Positions 9,275 to 18,381 of a stretch of 64,000 nt of DNA are shown here, piece by piece; the first letter of the stretch is position 1, and the number at the start of each line of letters is the position of its first letter. A program made the position numbers and the translations under genes. This DNA is from an uncultured Actinomycetes bacterium (GTDB lineage Bacteria > Actinomycetota > UBA4738 > HRBIN12). The notes beneath the pieces were generated by a model. It was given only the letters and a program-made list of their open reading frames with translations, did not search any database and had not been told where the DNA came from. The DNA lies in contig CAVPIB010000001.1 of the NCBI GenBank assembly GCA_963704885.1, positions 608,001 to 672,000 on the forward strand. Reading direction: 5' to 3'.

Positions 9275-10941
9275 ACGACACCGACGTCCGAGAGCTCCTC
9301 TCCCGCGTCGCTGACGAGGTGCCGGCCGCCCCCGTGGATCCGGAGCCGCTGCTCCGTCGCGGCTACCGTCGGATGGCAAGGACGGCGGCCGGCGGCGCGC
9401 TCGGGATCGCCTGCGCGATCGTCCTCGTCGTGGGAGGCGTCGGCCTGATCCGTTCGAGCGCGCCGACGAAGATCCCGGCCGACGAGGGACAGTCGACCGA
9501 GCGGCCAGCGTCGAGAGGCATGTGGCCGCAGTCGAGCCTCAAGGATGTCCGGGAAGCTCAGCGACTCGCCGATGCCGGCGACCCTCGCTACACCTGGCAG
9601 ATCCTTGGGCCCGGCCCTATCACGGATGCCCGCCAGACGGAGTTCATCACCCGGTTCCTCCATGAGGAGCTCGGCTGGGAGGAGTTCGATCTGAGTGTCT
9701 TCCCTGGGCTGTACGCCGGGGTTCCCCAGGACGGGCTGTGGGAGATGCTGGCCGTGCGATGCGCCCCCGGCCAGACGAACCCCTTGTACCCCAACGACCC
9801 CGAGGGCCGAGGGTGCGCCCCCACGATCGACGAGTACCGCTACGAGACGGTGATGATCGGCGCGGAAACGCCCGTCCGCGTCGCGGACGACCCCTCCGCC
9901 ATCTGGGTCGTGACCAACTGGGAGATGCTCCAGCCGTCCGATGTACAGGTCACCCTTACCCGCTACCTCGACGACAACCGCGGCCCCAGGAATCAGGTCC
10001 GCCAGGTGGTGCCGCCCTCCGACGCCGAGGCGACCGCGCTCGTGGAGGCCTTCCTCCAGGCACGCGTGGACGGTGAAGGCGCCGAGGAGTATCTGTCCCC
10101 CGCCACCTCGCAGATCCCCCTCCTGTACGCCACGACCTCGGGCGACCCCTACGAGCGATCCGAGTTCGAGCTGGTGCAGGGCCCGGTGTGGCCCGGCGGC
10201 TGGAGGGAGTTCACCGTCCGACTGTTCGCGACGGGGGCGAGCACCGTGGTGGAGCAGCCCTTCCTCGTCGAGCGTGACGAGGACGGTCGCCCCGTGCTCG
10301 TGTACATGACCCTGGATCCGTTCGAGGGATCGTTCGGTATGGGGGACGTCCTGACGAGGGAGAACGGGGGGGGCCTGGTCGAGCCCTACGAGTTCCTCGA
10401 CGGCGAGGTGATCTTCGACGCGGCCTGGCCATGGGACTGGTACGTCGGCGGCTGGGGCTTCACTCCGACGATGACCACCCTCCAATTCGACGACCCCGAT
10501 CAGAGCGCCGGGTTCGATCAACTCCTTGCGATCGTTGCCGACCCCCTGCCGGTCGAGGACGGCTGTCGACAGGGTCCGGCTCCCGCAGACGCCGCGGCGC
10601 TGGCCCGGAGCATCCGGTCAGACCCGGACCTCGAGGCGACTGAGCCGGTGGCGGTGAGCGTCGGGGGGATCGAGGGGCTGCGGATTGACGTGGTGGCCGC
10701 CGCGGGAGCGAGCGTCTGCGAGGAGGTGCCGGCGCCGCAGGTGATGACGCCGAACGACCACGACTGGTACGGGGTCGCCCTGGAGCACGGGCACCGGATG
10801 CGCCTGTACCTGCTCGACCTCCCCGAGGGGATGTCCAGTCGGATCCTGGCCATCTCGGTCACCGCGCCGGAGTCGGACTTCGAGCGCGTGCTGGAGGCGG
10901 TGGCGCCGATCCTGGAGTCGTTCGAGTTCCACACGCGGTGA
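9271..10941 (+). CDS. Single-pass membrane protein, putative anti-sigma/sensor (cassette 2)
   Basis: ATGA overlap with sigma; MNDTDVRELLSRVADEV; TM segment; domain homologous to the C-terminus of 5394..7364. Confidence 0.7.
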   Translation: MNDTDVRELLSRVADEVPAAPVDPEPLLRRGYRRMARTAAGGALGIACAIVLVVGGVGLIRSSAPTKIPADEGQSTERPASRGMWPQSSLKDVREAQRLADAGDPRYTWQILGPGPITDARQTEFITRFLHEELGWEEFDLSVFPGLYAGVPQDGLWEMLAVRCAPGQTNPLYPNDPEGRGCAPTIDEYRYETVMIGAETPVRVADDPSAIWVVTNWEMLQPSDVQVTLTRYLDDNRGPRNQVRQVVPPSDAEATALVEAFLQARVDGEGAEEYLSPATSQIPLLYATTSGDPYERSEFELVQGPVWPGGWREFTVRLFATGASTVVEQPFLVERDEDGRPVLVYMTLDPFEGSFGMGDVLTRENGGGLVEPYEFLDGEVIFDAAWPWDWYVGGWGFTPTMTTLQFDDPDQSAGFDQLLAIVADPLPVEDGCRQGPAPADAAALARSIRSDPDLEATEPVAVSVGGIEGLRIDVVAAAGASVCEEVPAPQVMTPNDHDWYGVALEHGHRMRLYLLDLPEGMSSRILAISVTAPESDFERVLEAVAPILESFEFHTR

Positions 10942-10988
10942 TGGCGATGATCGGCGGTAGGCGAGATCGCGCGGAGAGGAGAGGCCGG

Positions 10989-11780
10989 ATGAAGGTGCGC
11001 TACGGACCTTCCCTCGCGTTGGTCGTCATGCTCGCGCTCGGAGCATGCACATCAGCTTCGGAGGCGGCGGACGCTCCGGCCTCCCCCGCACCGACCCCGA
11101 GCGACGCGGACACCACGGTGCCGAGCGAGACGGATCCCGGTCCGGAGGTCCAGGACATCATGGAGCTCGCGCCCTTCGCGCCGCTCGAGCCGGGGACCTA
11201 CTCCATCGACCCCGACCTCGACCCCTCCACCCCGCTCCGCGTGGTGTACGAAGTCCCCGCTGAGGGATGGGCTCAATGGATCGGCGCGGCCAAGCCCGCG
11301 GATGATGGGCACGTCATGGTGAGCATCACCACCGTGACGAACCTGGTGCGGCATGGGTGCCGCGACCATTCGTGGGCCGATCCGCCGGTAGGACCGAGCG
11401 TCGACGACCTCGCTGCCGCGCTGGCGGACCTTGCCCCGTTCCGGGTGACGTCGGCCCCGAAGGACGTGACCATCTACGGCTACAGCGGGAAGCATCTGGA
11501 ACTGACCGTGCCCGACCTGCCGGTCGAGGGAGAGGGAGACGACCGCCGTTTCACCGGATGCGTGGACGGCAACCTCAAGAGCTGGGTCGCGGCCATCGAC
11601 ACGGAGCCGGGGGACGCGTTCTACGGCTACAACGGCGAGCCGGGCCGCACCGAGGAGTTCTGGATCCTCGACGTGGAGGGCACCCGCCTGGTGATCGAGG
11701 CGAACTGGTCGCCTACCTCCCCCCGGAAGGACGTAGCAGAGCTGCGGGCCATCCTGGACTCCATACAGATCGAGCCATGA
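10989..11780 (+). CDS. Lipoprotein of unknown function, paralog of 15046..15789
   Basis: Lipobox MLALGAC; DLDPSTPLRV.Y..PAEGW and EEFWILDVEGTRL shared with the paralog. Confidence 0.75.
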   Translation: MKVRYGPSLALVVMLALGACTSASEAADAPASPAPTPSDADTTVPSETDPGPEVQDIMELAPFAPLEPGTYSIDPDLDPSTPLRVVYEVPAEGWAQWIGAAKPADDGHVMVSITTVTNLVRHGCRDHSWADPPVGPSVDDLAAALADLAPFRVTSAPKDVTIYGYSGKHLELTVPDLPVEGEGDDRRFTGCVDGNLKSWVAAIDTEPGDAFYGYNGEPGRTEEFWILDVEGTRLVIEANWSPTSPRKDVAELRAILDSIQIEP

Positions 11781-11878
11781 GGTTGCACGAGATCATCAAA
11801 CCTTCCCTCGTCGAGAGTTGGGGGAGCACGGGGAGCGGCCGGTGAGATACCCTCCGACCGCGAGATGCGACCTGACGG

Positions 11879-12085
11879 CTACTCGAGGTAGCCAAGGCCG
11901 CGGAGGTGCTCCTCCATCTCGTCGGCCTCGGTGTCGCTGACCGCGCCGTCAGGCCCGCGCCCGGCCAGGTTGATCGAGACGCCCTCGCCGGTCGAGCGGA
12001 TCGTCGTGAAGGCCTTCGTCTTCGACCAGTTCACGGACTGCGGAAGCTGACCTTGCCGTGCGGGCCGAGGATGTCGTACGCGATG
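11879..12085 (-). pseudogene. Remnant of an AlkP-superfamily (nucleotide pyrophosphatase-like) gene
   Basis: VNWSKTKAFTTIRSTGEGVSINLAGR joined directly to EMEEHLRGLGYLE-stop; no intact N-terminus. Confidence 0.5.
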
Positions 12086-12322
12086 AACGAGAGGCCGGAT
12101 CTGCGGTCCACGTTCCTGCGCTGGCGTGTGGCCGGCCAGACGGCCGTCATCGTGCTCGTCATCATCGCCGCCAAGCTCGTGTTCACCATCCCGACGTCAG
12201 CCTGGCCTGCTCCGCCGGTTCGTGGAGCGTCTGGACTGCTCGCGCGCGTGACGGTGGCGGACCGCCTCCGACCCCGACATCCACCTAAACCCTTCGGCCG
12301 AGGTAGGGGTTCATGACGCCAG

Positions 12323-12862
12323 ATGGATGAGACGGCGGCCATCGTGTATACAGCTCCGGTGGACCCATCGGAGGTCGACGACCTCGCCTCGACGTTCGAG
12401 GCGTTCGTCGGCGCCGAGACGGCGCGGTTCCACGGCGCCCTCCGGCTCCTGACGCGCGACCGCGCGGAGGCCGAGGACCTGATGCAGGACGCGTACCTCA
12501 AGGTCTGGGAGCGCTGGCACCACGTGCGGTCGCTCGACGACCCGACCGGCTATCTCTACCGCACCGCCATGAACCTGTTCCGCAAGCGCCGCCGCCGGGC
12601 CGCCGTCGCGATCCGCCACGCGATCGGACCGAGACCCCGGCGCGATCAGCTGGAGGACGTCGAGTCGCGTGACGAGGTCCTTCGGGCGCTCGCGACGCTC
12701 AGCCCACGGCAGCGGATGAGCCTCGTGCTCACGGACCTCCTGGATCACTCTTCGGAAGAGGCCGGGCGACTGATGGGCGTCAAGGCGACGACGGTCCGGG
12801 TCCTGGCCCTGCAGGGACGGGCCGCCCTCCGAGCCAGCACTGGAGACGACGTCGATGCCTGA
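12323..12862 (+). CDS. ECF sigma-70 factor (cassette 3), paralog of 4865..5401
   Basis: AEDLMQDAY, DPTGYLYRTAMNLFR, LSPRQR...SEEAGRLMGVKATTV. Confidence 0.92.
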   Translation: MDETAAIVYTAPVDPSEVDDLASTFEAFVGAETARFHGALRLLTRDRAEAEDLMQDAYLKVWERWHHVRSLDDPTGYLYRTAMNLFRKRRRRAAVAIRHAIGPRPRRDQLEDVESRDEVLRALATLSPRQRMSLVLTDLLDHSSEEAGRLMGVKATTVRVLALQGRAALRASTGDDVDA

Positions 12863-15032
12863 CACGAAGCAGCTCCTTCGCGAGACACGCGATCGGATCG
12901 CGCCGCCGCCCGACGTGCTCGGCGGGCTCGAGCGCCGACGCCGGCACCAGGAGAACGCGAAGCGTTTCGCGGCCGCGGCCGTGGCGATCGTCGTCGCGGT
13001 CGTCGGGCTCGGCGGTTGGTTCCTCCTCGAGCGCGACGCCGCGCCGAGGCCTGCCGATCGTTCCGAGGAGCTCGGGATCTTCGCCCCGGTCGCCGGCCGG
13101 ATCGTGTTCGTGAACGAGGACGAGGTCGCCGTCGCCGGCTATGACCCTGGCCCCTGGGCCATCGACCCGAGCGGGCCCGCCGACACTACGGCAGGCCCGA
13201 GGGTCGCCGATGACGTCGTCTCCACCCTGGCGCCACTGGGCCCACAGGACGCCATCCCGCTCGACTGGTCAGGCGACGGCACCGAGCTGCTGTTCGGGCG
13301 CATGCATGGAGATCTCATCGTCCAGGAGGACCTCTACGTCCTGCATTCGGACGGATCGGAGACCCTCCTGGTCCGGGGATACAGCGGGGGCGCGACGATC
13401 TCGCCCAATGGGACGCGCGTCGTGTTCTCCGTTCTATCCAGGGAGTGCGGCCAGTCGGGGCTGTGCGTCGTCGACGCCGAGGGCGGGCAACCGGTTCCTC
13501 TCCCGTCTCCCTCAGCCGAGGGTGCGTACGCACCGACCTTCTCGCCCGATGGGACGCAGATCGCGTACCTCGTGCACGAGGACGACGACCTGACCCACGT
13601 GTGGGTGGCGAATGCGGACGGCAGCGGGGCGCGCGAGATCCTCGCGGCCGAGGAGACCCGCTCCGTCGGCGCGGGCGGCCTCCAGTGGTCACCGGCGGGC
13701 GACCGCCTCGCGTTCGGGGTGCGCGGTTTCGACGGCAACGGGGATGTGTCCTCGATCTACACCTTCGCCCCCGACGGCTCGGACTTCACGCGCGTGATAA
13801 CCGGTGGGGACTCGCCCCACTGGTCGCCCGACGGCTCCCAGATCGCGTATACGATCAACTGCACCGAAGGGCAGGCCTCGTGCGCGGATGGATCGATCGT
13901 CCTCACCCTCGCGATCGCCGATGCGGACGGCTCCAACGTCGCGAGTTCGGGTTCGGCGACCTCGGGTCCGTGGCATCCGGCCGGGGTGGCCCCGGCGAAC
14001 GAGATCACACCGACCCCCAGCGAGAGCTTCGCGCGCGCCGACGGGGAGGTTCTGGACTTCACCGGGGTGCCCCGCGATCTCGTCGCCGTGAACCCCGAGA
14101 CCGGCGAGGAACGCGTCCTCGCCGAGGACATCGACAACGTCTTCTCCGCGAGATGGTCGGCGGACGGCCGCTGGGTCGCGTACGAGACCGAGGTGCCGGA
14201 GGGAGGCTGGGGATTGTGGGTCGTGGGCGGGTCGCAGGAGCCTCGTCTCGTCGCGACGGGCGGCGATCCGGACCTCTTCGCGACCCTCGGGTTGTACTGG
14301 ATGTGGTCGCCGACGGGCGCCGAGCTCGCGACGATCAGTCGTTCGACGTTGAGCACGATCGACTTCACGACCGGCGAAACGACCGACCTCGGAGAGATCG
14401 TCGCCGACCTCCTCAGCACGAACGCCTCCCCGATATGGGCGTGGTCGCCGGACGGGACGCGACTCGTGTTCGCAGCGCCCGAGGGTGCACCCGAGGGCTC
14501 CCTGGACACGGTCGACGTGTGGAGCGGAGAGCGTTCGCTCCTCGCGCGCCTGCCGGACGAGGATTGGGACCTGACTGAAGAGATCCTGTGGTCGCCGGAC
14601 GGAGCCCACATCGCCGTCTTGATCCGCAAGGCGTCCAATGAAGCCGGTCGTCTGTACGTGATGGATGCCGACGGATCGAACATCCGCGTCGTGGCCGACG
14701 ACTACGACCCACTCGGCGTCGCGTGGTCCCCCGATGGGACGCGACTCGCGTTCGGATCGGGCTCGAAGGCGGACGGAGACGTCCGGATCCGCGTCGCGAC
14801 GATGGACGACGCCGCTCCCGCAGAGATCGGGAGCCTCGACTTCATCGGGTGCACCTACAACTACAAGTGCCGCCTGACGTGGTCGCCCGACGGGTCGCGG
14901 ATCGCCTTCCACAAGGAGGACGGCCTGGGAGTCAGCGTGTTCGACGCCAACGGAGCGGGCGAGGCCGCGCCCGTCGACGAGCTCACCTACCTGAGTTGGG
15001 ACGGTGGTACGTACCCTTGCGAGTGCCCGTGA
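12855..15032 (+). CDS. Membrane-anchored TolB/PD40-like beta-propeller protein, putative anti-sigma (cassette 3)
   Basis: Overlaps sigma; basic N-terminus and TM; many (W/F)SPDG repeats. Confidence 0.8.
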   Translation: MPDTKQLLRETRDRIAPPPDVLGGLERRRRHQENAKRFAAAAVAIVVAVVGLGGWFLLERDAAPRPADRSEELGIFAPVAGRIVFVNEDEVAVAGYDPGPWAIDPSGPADTTAGPRVADDVVSTLAPLGPQDAIPLDWSGDGTELLFGRMHGDLIVQEDLYVLHSDGSETLLVRGYSGGATISPNGTRVVFSVLSRECGQSGLCVVDAEGGQPVPLPSPSAEGAYAPTFSPDGTQIAYLVHEDDDLTHVWVANADGSGAREILAAEETRSVGAGGLQWSPAGDRLAFGVRGFDGNGDVSSIYTFAPDGSDFTRVITGGDSPHWSPDGSQIAYTINCTEGQASCADGSIVLTLAIADADGSNVASSGSATSGPWHPAGVAPANEITPTPSESFARADGEVLDFTGVPRDLVAVNPETGEERVLAEDIDNVFSARWSADGRWVAYETEVPEGGWGLWVVGGSQEPRLVATGGDPDLFATLGLYWMWSPTGAELATISRSTLSTIDFTTGETTDLGEIVADLLSTNASPIWAWSPDGTRLVFAAPEGAPEGSLDTVDVWSGERSLLARLPDEDWDLTEEILWSPDGAHIAVLIRKASNEAGRLYVMDADGSNIRVVADDYDPLGVAWSPDGTRLAFGSGSKADGDVRIRVATMDDAAPAEIGSLDFIGCTYNYKCRLTWSPDGSRIAFHKEDGLGVSVFDANGAGEAAPVDELTYLSWDGGTYPCECP

Positions 15033-15045
15033 TGGAGGGATCCCG

Positions 15046-15789
15046 ATGACGATCCGATCCACACGTGCGCTCGCGTTGACGGTCATGCTCGCCGTCGGTG
15101 TCTGCTCATCGGGTTCGAACACGGCGGACGCTCCGGCTCCGTCGTCGGTCGCGCCGAGCGAGACGGACACCGCTCCGGCGGTGCGGGACATGATGGACTT
15201 CGAGCCGCTCGGTCCGATCGAGCCCGGGGCCTACTTCATCGACGCCGACCTCGACCCGTCAACGCCGCTCCGGGTCCTCTACGACATCCCCGCAGAGGGA
15301 TGGTCGAACTGGATCGGCGCGGCGAAGTTCGGCCCCGACGACGGTCACGTCGGCGTAAGCATCACCACGGTGGTGAACCTCGTGACCCACGGCTGTCGCG
15401 ATCACTTCGCCGCCGTTCCGCCCGTCGGCCCCACCGTGGACGACCTCGCGACCGCGCTGACGGAGCTCGCCCCGTTCGAGGTCACGTCGCCAGCGGAGGA
15501 CGTGGCGATGTACGGCTACCGCGGGAAGCACCTCGAGTGGACCGTGCCGGACATCGCGTTCGACCGCTGCGACGCCGGCGACCTCAGGAGCTGGATCGCA
15601 CCGATGGACGCGGCCGAGGTAGGCGACGCCTACTACGGCTACACGGGTCCCGGCTACACCGAGGAGTTCTGGATCCTCGACGTCGAAGGCACCCGTCTGA
15701 TGATCGCAGCCGAGCGGTCCCCCGGCTCGCCGTCGGAGGACCTTGCCGAGCTGGGCGACATCCTCGACTCGATCCGGATCGAGCCATGA
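15046..15789 (+). CDS. Putative lipoprotein, paralog of 10989..11780
   Basis: Signal MLAVGVC; GGAGGG RBS; strong similarity by eye to 10989..11780. Confidence 0.75.
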   Translation: MTIRSTRALALTVMLAVGVCSSGSNTADAPAPSSVAPSETDTAPAVRDMMDFEPLGPIEPGAYFIDADLDPSTPLRVLYDIPAEGWSNWIGAAKFGPDDGHVGVSITTVVNLVTHGCRDHFAAVPPVGPTVDDLATALTELAPFEVTSPAEDVAMYGYRGKHLEWTVPDIAFDRCDAGDLRSWIAPMDAAEVGDAYYGYTGPGYTEEFWILDVEGTRLMIAAERSPGSPSEDLAELGDILDSIRIEP

Positions 15790-15892
15790 CGTCGTCCCCG
15801 GTCCTACGTGGCTCGTTGTCGCCTGACAGGTGTCACGGGGGCGTGAGAGGGATCTGGCACGAACCACGAGCCTCGCATCGGACGCGCGGCGT

Positions 15893-15928
15893 GGAAAGCG
15901 GGGCGGGCGATAGCCCGCCCCGCCTTCC
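15893..15928. terminator. GC-rich hairpin between convergent genes
   Basis: GGAAAGCGGGGCGGGC-GATA-GCCCGCCCCGCCTTCC, one mismatch. Confidence 0.6.
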
Positions 15929-15942
15929 TGAGCTGCACGTGC

Positions 15943-17421
15943 CTAGGGACCGGTGACCGAACTCGTGTCCATCGCGTACGTCAGAGTTGCGAACGCGATC
16001 GAGTCCGAGTTCAGATCCAGGACCTCGAGGCTCACGTTCGCGAACGTGTCGCACGCGAGGTGGTAGCACGGGTCGTACTGGGCGCCGGCTGTTCCCCCAT
16101 AGACGGCTACCTGTGCAGCCGTCTTGATGCCCTCGGCGCCGGTGAACAGGCCCCCTGCGGGGATCCCGACGGCGATGAACGGCCCGTAGTCGGAGCGACC
16201 GTCGAACGACGTCGGCTCGGACGCCAGACCGCGAGCGCTGTAGAACCCCGTCAACAGGGCCTCGATCGCCCCCGAACCCGGTGGGCCGACGGGACCGACG
16301 GTCCCGTCACCGTCGTAGACGAACCGCACGTAGTTCGGTGAGCCCACCATGTCGAAGTTCAGGTACAGCGCGATGTCGTCGAGCTCCTCCGCGGTCAGGT
16401 TGTCCACGTAGTAGTTCGAGCCGACCAGGCCGGACTCCTCCGCGCCCCACCAGGCGAAGCGGACCGTGTTGGTCGGCTTGACCTTCCGCATCGCCTCAGC
16501 GACGTCGAGGATCGCCGCGCTGCCGGAGCCGTTGTCCTGGATCCCCGGGCCTGTGCTGACCGAGTCGAGGTGGGCACCGACCATCACGACGTTGCCGTCG
16601 TTGCCCTTCTTCGTCTCCGCGAAGATGTTCTCGGTGCTTCGGATCTCCGAGATGGTCGAAGTGAACATATGCATCGTCACGGACGTGGGACCGTTGGTCA
16701 CGCCGTTTCGGAGAGCGTCCCCGAGGGCGAACGTGGTCCCGGTCACTGGGATGCCAACGGGCTCGCCGAGTGTCCCGAACAGGAGCCCGGTGCGTCCCGC
16801 GTTCCCTTCATTGAAGATGATGACGCCGACCGCGCCGGCCGCTTCGGCATTGACGGCCTTGGTCGCGAACGTGCACGTCCCTCGCTGTACCAGCGCGATG
16901 TGCCCTGCCGTGAACCCGGTGAAGTCGGCCGCCTCGCAGCCGCTGGTGGAGCCGCCCACGGGTGGGATGAGCAGGTCGACGGCCGTGAGGGGCGCGGTGA
17001 CGTTCCCGCTTCCCGAGTAGCTCATCGTGGAGAAGTCGACGTCGTGCGTGTACGTCGTGGGAGTAGGAGCCGTCTGGTCGAGCGCCGGCGTGGCGAGCTC
17101 CTGGAAGAAAGCGAAGTCGAACGGTTGGCGGGTAACGTCGTAGCCCGCCGCCTCCAGCCGGTCAACGACGTAGTCGGCCGAGGCGTCGTAGCCGGGTGTG
17201 CCCGAGGTCCGCACGCCGCCGTTGGCATCGGCTATGGCCTGGAGCGCCGCCTGATGCTCGCGGACGCCCTCCAGCGTCACGCATTCCAAGAGTTTCTTGA
17301 TCGTGTTGTTGTTCCGGCTGTCGCAGCTCGCTGGGCCGGCGCCTGCCGGTACGGCCGTCAGCGCTGAGACCGCGATCGTGACGAGCACGACCGCCGATGC
17401 GAACGCAGATCTTCTGCGCAT
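15943..17421 (-). CDS. Secreted M28 aminopeptidase with PA domain
   Basis: Signal peptide; GAHLDSV, DNGSG, WWGAEESGL, NFDM, CYH; PA insert IALVQRGTCTF. Confidence 0.92.
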   Translation of the reverse strand: MRRRSAFASAVVLVTIAVSALTAVPAGAGPASCDSRNNNTIKKLLECVTLEGVREHQAALQAIADANGGVRTSGTPGYDASADYVVDRLEAAGYDVTRQPFDFAFFQELATPALDQTAPTPTTYTHDVDFSTMSYSGSGNVTAPLTAVDLLIPPVGGSTSGCEAADFTGFTAGHIALVQRGTCTFATKAVNAEAAGAVGVIIFNEGNAGRTGLLFGTLGEPVGIPVTGTTFALGDALRNGVTNGPTSVTMHMFTSTISEIRSTENIFAETKKGNDGNVVMVGAHLDSVSTGPGIQDNGSGSAAILDVAEAMRKVKPTNTVRFAWWGAEESGLVGSNYYVDNLTAEELDDIALYLNFDMVGSPNYVRFVYDGDGTVGPVGPPGSGAIEALLTGFYSARGLASEPTSFDGRSDYGPFIAVGIPAGGLFTGAEGIKTAAQVAVYGGTAGAQYDPCYHLACDTFANVSLEVLDLNSDSIAFATLTYAMDTSSVTGP

Positions 17422-17643
17422 CCTGGACCTCCTCCGTTCGGGGACGGTCTCTGCCTATCGCATCAGGACGTGTTGCGCAAATCCGACGACCCGAACGGGT
17501 GTCTGGCGGAGGTTAGGCCACGTAGACCGAACGATCTAGGGAGCTCGGCAACCGTGCACAGGGATCCTCGAGACCTGCCTGGGGAACCGCTCGCAGCCGT
17601 CCGGCCGTCCCAGGGACGTTCCCACCGGCCGAAGGAGGCCCAC

Positions 17644-18372
17644 ATGAAGCGGATCGGCTACATGGTCGCAGGAGTCGTGCTCGGAGCGATGGTCGCCCTA
17701 CAGGTGCCGTCACTCGCGCAGGACACCGGCAGTTCGGACAACACCAGCACGCAACGCACCGTCACGGTGAACGGCACGGCCACGATCAAGGCCGCGCCCG
17801 ACGAGGCCGTGATCAGCCTCGGTGTTCAGACCCAGGCGGCCACCGCACAAGGTGCCATCACCCAGAACGCGGAGAGGATGATGGCCGTCCTGCAGGCGCT
17901 GGTCGGTCAGGGCATCGGAAAGGATGACGTGGCCACCAGCTACGTGAGCCTGTATCCCACGTACAGCAACAGCGGCATGGAGATCACCGGCTATCAGGCG
18001 TCGAACTCGATCGACGTCACGGTTCGCGACATGGATCGGGTCGGCCCCGTGATCGATGCGAGCGTGGATGCCGGCGCGAACCTGACGAACGGCATCTCGT
18101 TCCGCCTATCCGACGAGAATCACGGCGTGAACGAGGCTCTGCAAGCCGCGGTCGCAGATGCGCGCTCGAAGGCGGAGACGCTCGCCGCCGCCGGCGACAC
18201 GCAGCTCGGTCAGGTCATCACCATCGTTGAGGGGTCGTCCCCGTCGTCCGTTCCGCCCATCTACTACGAGCGGGACATGATGGCCGGTGCCGACGGCGCT
18301 GTCTCGACCCCCATCCAGCCTCCTACGCTCGAGACGCAGATCTCGGTCTCGGTGACTTGGGAGCTGGCTTGA
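17644..18372 (+). CDS. SIMPL (DUF541) domain protein
   Basis: TVTVNGTATIKAAPDEAVISLGV, GYQASN, AVADARSKAETLA; GGAGG RBS. Confidence 0.9.
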   Translation: MKRIGYMVAGVVLGAMVALQVPSLAQDTGSSDNTSTQRTVTVNGTATIKAAPDEAVISLGVQTQAATAQGAITQNAERMMAVLQALVGQGIGKDDVATSYVSLYPTYSNSGMEITGYQASNSIDVTVRDMDRVGPVIDASVDAGANLTNGISFRLSDENHGVNEALQAAVADARSKAETLAAAGDTQLGQVITIVEGSSPSSVPPIYYERDMMAGADGAVSTPIQPPTLETQISVSVTWELA

Positions 18373-18381
18373 TACCGACGG

